A stretch of DNA of 32,000 nucleotides from positions 780,001 to 812,000 of the forward strand of contig CAVRAI010000004.1 in the NCBI GenBank assembly GCA_963718915.1. The letters are read 5' to 3'. Every line of letters begins with the position of its first letter. Within the stretch, counting starts at the first letter, position 1. A program made the translations under genes and the position numbers. The notes under the pieces are model-generated. The model was not told where the DNA came from. It saw only the letters and a list, made by a program, of their open reading frames with translations, and did no database searches. This document shows, piece after piece, positions 9,875 through 16,110 of this stretch. This stretch comes from an uncultured Chloroflexia bacterium (lineage in GTDB: Bacteria > Chloroflexota > Ktedonobacteria > Ktedonobacterales > JADMIN01).

Positions 9875-12312
9875 CAAGGGATGGTGAGCAAGGAGACAAT
9901 GGGATACTTGCGGCGGCGCGGGCGTACACGCGACGGGGATGGCGCGTTGTGCCAGTGCGGCCCGGCGAGAAGGGGGTGGCGATTGTCCGCTGGCCGGAGA
10001 TGCGCCTCGACGAGGAGGACTTGCCCAAATGGTTCGGCCAGATCGGGGTGAATATCCAGCACAATATCGGCATCCTGACGGGGGAGCCGAGCGGTGGGCT
10101 GATGGATGTGGACTGCGACGCGCCCGAGGCGGCGCTGGCGGCCTTGGAGCTGCTGCCGGAGACGGACCGTATCTCAGGCCGGGCGAGCGCTCCCACCAGT
10201 CACTACTGGTATCGGATCGACGGTGAGCTGCCCGCGACGACGAAGTGGGCGGATGTGGCGGCAGCCCTCTCCCGGCCTTCGGCCACCCTCCCCGACGCGG
10301 GGAGGGCTACGGCTACCATTGTGCCAGGTGGCGACGGCTCTGGCTCCCCTCCCTCTTTAGGGGAGGGGCTGGGGGAGAGGGCCGTCGCCCCACGTTCCAT
10401 GCTCATCGAATTGCGCTCGACGGGCTGCCAGACGATTGCGCCACCCTCAGTGCATCCGAGTGGAGAGATCGTGCGCTGGGAGCGCGCGGGCGAGCCGGGG
10501 GTGGTGACGGGGTCAGCGTTGCTGCGCGCGGTGGCGCGGGTGGCCTCTGCCGCCCTCTTGATTCGCCACTGGCCGGGCGAGGGACAGCGTGATGAGGCGG
10601 CGAAAGACCTCGCTGGGGTGCTCCTGCGGGGCGGCTGGGACGCGGATGAGACCGACCGCTTCGTCATGCTGGTGGCGCGGCTGGCGGGCGACGAGGAGTG
10701 GCGCAAACGGGCGAAGGCGCGCACTACGGCGCGCAAGCTGGCCGAGGGCAGTCTTGTGACAGGTGGCACGGCGCTGGCCGGGCGACTGACCGGGAACGCG
10801 GGCGCTGGCGAGCGGGTGGTGGCGCAGGCGCGTGCGTGGCTAGGGCTGTCGCATCTGTCCGGACTTGGCGGCGCACGGGGGGCTAGTTATGGCCAAAACG
10901 CCAGTTATGGCCAATATCAGGAGATGGCCACAACTGATACGTTGGCCACAACTGATGAGGGCGGCGGCTGGTTCGTTTCAGGTGACGCGGTGGTGGAGAC
11001 GCGGGTGAACTGGCTCTGGGAGGGGCGTATTCCGCTGGGAGCCATCACCCTGCTGGATGGCGATCCGGGGCTGGGCAAATCACTGTTGACCATCGACCTG
11101 GCGGCGCGTGTCACCACTGGCCGGGGGATGCCTCTGGGCGCGCCGGGTATGGAGGGCGCGGAGGGCGGCGCTGGCGTGGTGCTGCTCTCCGCCGAGGATA
11201 ATATCTCCGCGACGATTGTACCCCGGTTGCGGCTGGCGGCGACGAATATGGCGCGCGTAGGCTTTATTTGCGGTGTGCCGGAGGAGGACGCCGTGACTGG
11301 ACGGACGCTGCAACGAGCCTTCGTGCTGCCACACGATATCCCCTGGCTGGAAATGGCCATCCAGCGCAAGGCGGCGCGGCTGGTGGTGATCGATCCGCTG
11401 ATGTCCTTCCTGGATGGTGCGGTGAACAGTTGGCGCGATCAGGACGTGCGGGCGGCGCTGGCTCCACTGGCGGCGCTGGCCGAGCGGACTGGGGTGGCGA
11501 TCCTGATCCTGCGCCACCTGAACAAGGCCAGTGGAAGTAGCGCGCTCTATCGTGGCGGTGGCTCCATTGGCATCATCGGGGCGGCGCGCTCCGGGCTGCT
11601 GGTGGCGAAGCATCCCGATAATCCTGACCGCGAGCGTGTGCTGACGTCGATCAAGAGCAATCTCGGCCCGCCGATGCCGTCGCTGCGCTACCAGCTCACG
11701 GCGATCTTACGCGAGGTCGAAGGGTTGGAGGAAGACGGCATCGAGCATCTAAAGCATGTCCCCGTGGTCGAATGGCTGGGGGAGTGCGACCTGGACGCGA
11801 CGGCGTTGTTAGCCGCTACCCCGACGGGAGGGCAAGCGGCGGAAGCGAATCCCACGAAAGTGGAGGCGGCGAAGAAGTGGCTGCGTGAGGCGCTGGCGGA
11901 TGGGCCACACCTGAAGGATGACATAGAGCAGGCGGCGGAGGCGGCGGGAATTGCCAGTAGAACGCTCCGCCGCGCACGCGAACAGCTTGACATACGCGAC
12001 GAGCGCGCGGGCTACGGGTCGGCGATGCGTACCCACTGGCGGTTAGAGCAGGCGGCGGGATCTCTGCCCGTGACGACGATACAGGGGATGCCCGCGCCAC
12101 ATCCGCCAGTTGTGGCCAATCCGTCCAGTTATGGCCAACCTGGGATATTGGCCACAATTGAGCCAGTTGGCCAAAACTGCGCGCCAGCCACGGACATAGA
12201 CCCACAACCATCCACACGCTGCCCGGCGACAGGCGGGCCGCACGAGTATGCGCAGTTCCGCCACGCGGATGGGCGGCTGCGCTGTGTGGAGTGCGGTGAG
12301 GCGGCGCCCTGA
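9853..12312 (+). CDS. Bifunctional replicase: N-terminal PrimPol (archaeo-eukaryotic primase-polymerase) domain + RepA-like/AAA_25-type RecA-fold ATPase + C-terminal HTH-like and Cys-rich tail
   Basis: - PrimPol domain: RRGWRVVPV...GEKGVAI..., NIGILTGEPSGGLMDVDCD, HYWY, ELRSTGCQTIAPPSVHPSGE..RWE.
- ATPase domain: Walker A LLDGDPGLGKS, Walker B LVVIDPL, LILRHLNKAS.
- HTH-like segment: IASRTLRRAREQLDI.
- Cys-rich tail: RCPATGGPHE...RCVECG.
- Strong SD AAGGAGGAGGA just upstream of ATG 9853. Confidence 0.85.
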   Translation: MGTTMGTARDGEQGDNGILAAARAYTRRGWRVVPVRPGEKGVAIVRWPEMRLDEEDLPKWFGQIGVNIQHNIGILTGEPSGGLMDVDCDAPEAALAALELLPETDRISGRASAPTSHYWYRIDGELPATTKWADVAAALSRPSATLPDAGRATATIVPGGDGSGSPPSLGEGLGERAVAPRSMLIELRSTGCQTIAPPSVHPSGEIVRWERAGEPGVVTGSALLRAVARVASAALLIRHWPGEGQRDEAAKDLAGVLLRGGWDADETDRFVMLVARLAGDEEWRKRAKARTTARKLAEGSLVTGGTALAGRLTGNAGAGERVVAQARAWLGLSHLSGLGGARGASYGQNASYGQYQEMATTDTLATTDEGGGWFVSGDAVVETRVNWLWEGRIPLGAITLLDGDPGLGKSLLTIDLAARVTTGRGMPLGAPGMEGAEGGAGVVLLSAEDNISATIVPRLRLAATNMARVGFICGVPEEDAVTGRTLQRAFVLPHDIPWLEMAIQRKAARLVVIDPLMSFLDGAVNSWRDQDVRAALAPLAALAERTGVAILILRHLNKASGSSALYRGGGSIGIIGAARSGLLVAKHPDNPDRERVLTSIKSNLGPPMPSLRYQLTAILREVEGLEEDGIEHLKHVPVVEWLGECDLDATALLAATPTGGQAAEANPTKVEAAKKWLREALADGPHLKDDIEQAAEAAGIASRTLRRAREQLDIRDERAGYGSAMRTHWRLEQAAGSLPVTTIQGMPAPHPPVVANPSSYGQPGILATIEPVGQNCAPATDIDPQPSTRCPATGGPHEYAQFRHADGRLRCVECGEAAP
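10344..10384 (+). repeat. Full copy of the GC-rich hairpin repeat embedded in frame in the PrimPol domain
   Basis: CTCCCCTCCCTCTTTAGGGGAGGGGCTGGGGGAGAGGGCCG. Stem CCCCTCCC (10346-10353) pairs with GGGAGGGG (10361-10368). Translated as SPPSLGEGLGERA. Near-identical to the minus-strand element at 14009-14060. Confidence 0.7.
10885..10953 (+). repeat. Iteron-like cassette 1: 12-bp motif AGTTRTGGCCAA, two forward then two reverse copies
   Basis: Forward AGTTATGGCCAA at 10885-10896 and 10903-10914. Reverse ATGGCCACAACT at 10924-10935 and TTGGCCACAACT at 10942-10953, which is the reverse complement of AGTTGTGGCCAA. Start-to-start spacing is 18/21/18 bp. Confidence 0.75.
12108..12178 (+). repeat. 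Iteron-like cassette 2: same 12-bp motif, two forward then two reverse copies
   Basis: Forward AGTTGTGGCCAA at 12108-12119 and AGTTATGGCCAA at 12127-12138. Reverse TTGGCCACAATT at 12148-12159 and TTGGCCAAAACT at 12167-12178. Spacing is 19/21/19 bp. Confidence 0.75.
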
Positions 12313-12322
12313 CGCAACCATG

Positions 12323-12353
12323 GGCGACATAGGCGGCGACACGGGCGACGATG
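12323..12353 (+). repeat. Degenerate GGCGAC-based short tandem repeat just after the PrimPol stop
   Basis: GGCGACATAGGC GGCGACACG GGCGACGATGAG. It shares the GGCGAC(GAC)GATG core with the arrays at 9846 and 15867. Confidence 0.45.
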
Positions 12354-12524
12354 AGAAGGGAGCGCGGCGATGAGGACGATGAACAGGCGGGCGGTGCACA
12401 TGCGGGCGGTTAATGGCGTTTTAGAAATTACGACGGATACGGGCATTGCGGTGGGGTGAGCAGGCTGGAGCCTGAAGGCGCCAGCGAATGGGCCAGAGAG
12501 GCCGGGACATTCGCGTAGCATTCG

Positions 12525-12544
12525 CCGTAGCATTCATGCTACGG
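12525..12544. repeat. Perfect 9-bp inverted repeat CCGTAGCAT-TC-ATGCTACGG, preceded by direct ATTCGC(C)GTAGC repeats
   Basis: ATTCGCGTAGC (12509-12519), ATTCGCCGTAGC (12520-12531), then ATTCATGCTACGG. The palindrome arms are 12525-12533 and 12536-12544. It lies in the convergent non-coding gap 12313-12774. Confidence 0.6.
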
Positions 12545-12774
12545 TCGGCCTCGCCCACCACGACGTGCGGTGTTCGGCGTATATAGTAAAACCAGATAAA
12601 CCGCGCCTGAACGGCCGCGCTGCGCTCCGCCACAAAACCCACCGTCGCGGGTTGCGGAGACCTGCTCGCGACCGAGCATCTCGTCAGGCAGCGTCTGGTG
12701 CTGGGAAGTCCGCGCAGGCGGACCTGGTGGCCGCAGGCCCTTCAGGCGCGACGTCAGTCGCCAGCCACTACCGC

Positions 12775-13888
12775 CTACCCGCCCAGCGCCTTCGCCAGCT
12801 GCTCCGCCGCCTCCGCCTCCGCCGTCCGCCCCAGCGCACGTAACGCAAGCGCCTTGTTATTCCAGGCGCCGCGGAGCTTGGGGTCGAGCGCCAGCGCACG
12901 GTCATAGGTGACCACCGCCTCCTCGTAGCGTTTCAGGTCGTAAAGCGCGTTACCCTTGTTGTACCAGGCGTTGGCGTGATTCGTATTGCGCGCCAGCGCC
13001 TGGTCGTAGGCGACCAGCGCCTCCTCGGAGCGTTTCAAAGCGTTCAGCGCGATGCACCGGTGTCGCCTTGTCCGATTCCCAGGCCTGCTTTGAGCGGTCG
13101 TTCGGGTCGAGCGTTAGCGCCCGGTCATAGGCGACGAGCGCCTCCTCGTACCGCTTCAAAGCGTTCAGCGCGACGCCCTTGTTGTACCAGACCCATGCCT
13201 GCTTGTCATCGAGGGCGAGAGCACGGTCGTAGACTGTCAGCGCCTCGGCGGCGCGCCCTTGATTCCTCAGTGCAGGTCCCAGGTTGGCCCAGGCGGAGAA
13301 CGAGCCGGGGGCGAGTTGGGTGGCGCGCTCCAAGAGTGGCAGCGCCTCGGCGTATTGCTTCTGCGCGATCAGCGCCCGGGCGCGGGTCAGCAGATCGTCG
13401 GCGCTCTCACTCGGCTGCGGGGCAATGGGCGCGGGAGATTCGCCTGCCGGGGTCAGCCCGAGCGCATGCAGCAGACGGCGCGCCGCCTCCTCCGGCGGGA
13501 AGGCTGCGAAATTGGGCGCTTCGACACGCTTGTAGCTGTAATACGCCAGCCAGCCGTTGTCCGTGCCGAAGTCGTCGCGCGCGATTGTCCCCGCCGTCAC
13601 CGGCAGCAGCGCGCGCGAGGGGTCGCGCTCCTTCAGCTCCTCGGCCCAGTCGGTCTCGCGCTTGACCCAGCGCGAGGCGAAGGCATGCTGCGAGAGGATC
13701 ACCACGAAGATCGGGCGGCTGCCCAGCTCGCGCAGGATCTCGTCCGCCAGCCGCCCGCTGCCCATGTTGTGCTCGTCGTACCAGACATCCGCGCCTGCCC
13801 CGCGCAGCGCCGCCACGATGGTATGGCAGAAGGCGCTATCCTCGGTCGCATGGCTGACAAAGACGCGCAGTTGGGTCGTTTCGGCCAT
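12775..13888 (-). pseudogene. TIR-domain / TPR-repeat protein, interrupted by a frameshift near 13054-13078
   Basis: - N-terminus MAETTQLRVFVSHATEDS...VWYDEH...FVVILSQHAFASRWVKRETDWA is a bacterial TIR_2-type domain. AGGAG lies 8 nt upstream of ATG 13888.
- TPR units follow (AWANLG..., AWVWYNKGVALNALKRYEEALVAYDRAL).
- The frame loses TPR periodicity after ...DPNDRSKQAW (13079).
- Two further intact TPR units continue in another frame (track ORF 12775..13038). Confidence 0.7.
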
Positions 13889-14008
13889 CTGGGTCGCTCC
13901 TTTGCTCAGTGCAGGCTGTGTTGGGAGACCTGGGCGTGCCGCGCACGGCAACCAGACGCGCCGTGTTACGCCCATTCTAGCATGCGGGCGTGCCAGATGA
14001 CCAGGGGC

Positions 14009-14060
14009 GGCCCTCTCCCCAGACCTCTCCCCCGGCCCCTCTCCTAAAAGAGAGGGGAGG
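14009..14060 (-). repeat. Full copy of the GC-rich hairpin repeat (minus orientation), intergenic
   Basis: Minus strand reads CCTCCCCTCTCTTTTAGGAGAGGGGCCGGGGGAGAGGTCTGGGGAGAGGGCC, collinear with 10344-10384. Plus-strand stem CCCCTCTC (14036-14043) pairs with GAGAGGGG (14050-14057). Followed by GGCAGA x3 at 14057-14076. Confidence 0.7.
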
Positions 14061-14097
14061 CAGAGGCAGAGGCAGGCGGCTGTTGGCGATGAGCTAC

Positions 14098-15012
14098 CTA
14101 TGCCACCGCCACAATGCGGTTGCGGAGTGCGCCGATGCCCTCGATCACCGACTCCATCACATCGCCGGGGCGCAGAAACTCCGGCGGGGTGCGGGCGAAA
14201 CCAACCCCGGCGGGCGTGCCCGTGGCGAGGATGTCGCCCGGCTCCAGCGTCGTGCCGTGTGAGATTTCCGCCAGCAGCGTCGGGATGTCGAAGAGCATAT
14301 GCGCCGTCGTATCATCCTGCTTGACGACGCCATTCACCAGCAATTGCAGCCGCAGATTCGTTGGGTCGGGCAGCTCGTCCGCCGTCACAATCCACGGTCC
14401 CATCGGGCACGAGCCATCGAGACTCTTGCCGAGGAACCACTGCGCGCCGGGCCGATTCTGGATGTCGCGGGCGCTTACGTCGTTGAGAACCGTGTAGCCC
14501 CAGACGTACTTCATGCCGTCTTCGCGCGCGATGCGCCGCCCGCCCATGCCGACGATCACCGCAAGCTCCACCTCCCAGTCGATCCGCTCGCTGACGGTGG
14601 CGTCAAAGGGGATATCGCTAGTGGGGCTGGTGACGGCGGTAACCGCTTTCGTGAAGATATTGGGCGCTGGCGGCAGCGAGACCTCCTGCCCGATGGCGCG
14701 CAGCGACTCGGCGGCATGTTCGGCGTAGTTGCGCCCGACGCAGAAGACATTCTTGCGCGGGCGTGGAATCGGCGCGAGCAGCTCAACGGCGCCGAGTGGC
14801 AGCAGCGCCTCATCTGGCGCGCGCCCGACCACATCCGCCAGCGCCTGGAGCGCCTCCGCGCCGCCCGCGATCAACGCCAGCATGCCGCTGGTTGCGCCCG
14901 CCAGGTCGCCCATGCCGAGGCGATCCGCCGCCAGCGCCACATCGACCATCTCCTCGCCCCGCACGACGCCCAGCCGCTGATCGCCGTCACTGCGAAATGT
15001 TGCTACACGCAT
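14098..15012 (-). CDS. Fumarylacetoacetate hydrolase (FAH) family protein
   Basis: MRVATFRSDGDQRLGVV..., NVFCVGRNYAEHAAE, IDWEVELAVIVG, GYTVLNDVSARD, GDILATGTPAGVG are FAH-fold hallmarks. ATG 15012 has GGAG 6 nt upstream. The track ORF starts at GTG 15030. Confidence 0.85.
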   Translation of the reverse strand: MRVATFRSDGDQRLGVVRGEEMVDVALAADRLGMGDLAGATSGMLALIAGGAEALQALADVVGRAPDEALLPLGAVELLAPIPRPRKNVFCVGRNYAEHAAESLRAIGQEVSLPPAPNIFTKAVTAVTSPTSDIPFDATVSERIDWEVELAVIVGMGGRRIAREDGMKYVWGYTVLNDVSARDIQNRPGAQWFLGKSLDGSCPMGPWIVTADELPDPTNLRLQLLVNGVVKQDDTTAHMLFDIPTLLAEISHGTTLEPGDILATGTPAGVGFARTPPEFLRPGDVMESVIEGIGALRNRIVAVA

Positions 15013-15036
15013 CGAAAGCTCCATCGTCACTTTGTT

Positions 15037-15069
15037 GTTATGCTGTCGTTATGCTGTCGTTATGCTGTC
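15037..15069 (+). repeat. 11-nt tandem repeat GTTATGCTGTC x3, filling the intergenic gap
   Basis: Copies at 15037-15047, 15048-15058 and 15059-15069, between the stop of the 15071 gene and the FAH start. Confidence 0.85.
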
Positions 15070-15070
15070 G

Positions 15071-15697
15071 TCACTCTACGAGCGGCCCGTCGCGTTCGTC
15101 GAATGTGTCTTCCCTGTCGGTATCCCTGTCGGTATCCCTGCCCGGCTCGGCCATCACTCGGGCCGCCTGCCGCGGCGAGCTGTGTTCGCCAGAAACGTCG
15201 GGCAGTGGGTCGCTCTCCGAGCCGCCTGGGGGCTGGTCATGTGGAGGTCGCCGGAAATCCAGCAGGCGTGTCGCGGCAAACTCTCTGGCGCGCTGCTCGC
15301 ACCAGACCGCGTGGCGGGTATGCGCATCAGCCAGTGCGCGGAGAATCGTCTCTCCGTCACCAGCGATCTCACCATCCTCCAGCAGATGTATCGCCTGGTC
15401 GCATGAGGCGAGCTGATGATGAACGAACAGTTGTAACCGATCATCGTACCGTGTCAGGTCGAGCGCCTGCAGCACGATGCCGTTGATGCGCCGTGTCACG
15501 GGCACATGGATGGCGTCGAGCCAGTCGTGCAGGAGGAAGGTGATCAGTGTGTCTTCGACGCCCATCTGCGACAGCGCCTCGCGTTCGAGAAATTCCGTCG
15601 CGCCATTGGAAAGCGCCACCTCAATCTCGATACTGGCGCGCATGTCTTCTAGCAGCATGTTGAGGGCGTCTACGGTCTCTGGATTCAGTGTCCCCAT
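15071..15697 (-). CDS. Hypothetical protein, predicted helical, acidic low-complexity C-terminus
   Basis: ATG 15697 (MGTLNPETVDALNMLLEDMRASIEIEV...) is preceded by GAGGGA 4 nt upstream. The upstream part of the track ORF (to 15946) is Ser/Pro/Arg low complexity that reads through a tandem repeat. I recognise no family with confidence. Confidence 0.55.
   Translation of the reverse strand: MGTLNPETVDALNMLLEDMRASIEIEVALSNGATEFLEREALSQMGVEDTLITFLLHDWLDAIHVPVTRRINGIVLQALDLTRYDDRLQLFVHHQLASCDQAIHLLEDGEIAGDGETILRALADAHTRHAVWCEQRAREFAATRLLDFRRPPHDQPPGGSESDPLPDVSGEHSSPRQAARVMAEPGRDTDRDTDREDTFDERDGPLVE
15112..15140 (+). repeat. 12-nt tandem repeat CCCTGTCGGTAT, 2.4 copies, inside the 3' end of the hypothetical CDS
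   Basis: Copies at 15112-15123 and 15124-15135, then CCCTG. Encodes DTDRDTDR on the minus strand. Confidence 0.8.
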
Positions 15698-15866
15698 ACG
15701 ATCCCTCACTTGCTTGAAACGAACGTGATACGAACGTGATGCGAATGCGCTGTTGCGCAACCTACCGTCCCCGACGAGTAGCCGTCCCGCGCACCGACGT
15801 TGTGACTGCGCGCTTCTGTTACGCATTGTCTCACAGGTCTGGAAGGCCGACAAGCGGGCAGCATGC

Positions 15867-15902
15867 GACGACGATGGCGACGACGATGGCGACGACGATG
15901 GC
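15867..15902 (+). repeat. 12-nt tandem repeat GACGACGATGGC x3
   Basis: Copies at 15867-15878, 15879-15890 and 15891-15902. Same unit and orientation as the array at 9846-9874, differing at one position. Confidence 0.85.
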
Positions 15903-16110
15903 GGTATGCCGGTCAGGGCCGCTCCGTTCGCCGCTGCTCGCACCATAGCATGAACTCAGCCAGTTGCGCTACTCTCCCACACAATCCGCGCGCCTGGCCC
16001 ATGGCTCGCATCTCTCCTGGCGTATACTGGGTCGTAGAGACGAGTGCCGATGTGGATGAGTGAGCCAGGGTCACAGAAGATCATACGGGCATCCGCTGGG
16101 GAGTACATCT

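Noticed and set aside
15037-15902. Possible CRISPR array, suggested by the regularly repeated 11-12 nt units
   Set aside because: The units are directly abutting tandem copies with no spacers, and they are far shorter than CRISPR repeats. No cas genes are present.
15698-15946. N-terminal extension of the 291-aa ORF (…PPSSSPSSSPSSSH…)
   Set aside because: It reads through the GACGACGATGGC tandem array and has low complexity. An internal ATG with GAGGGA fits better.
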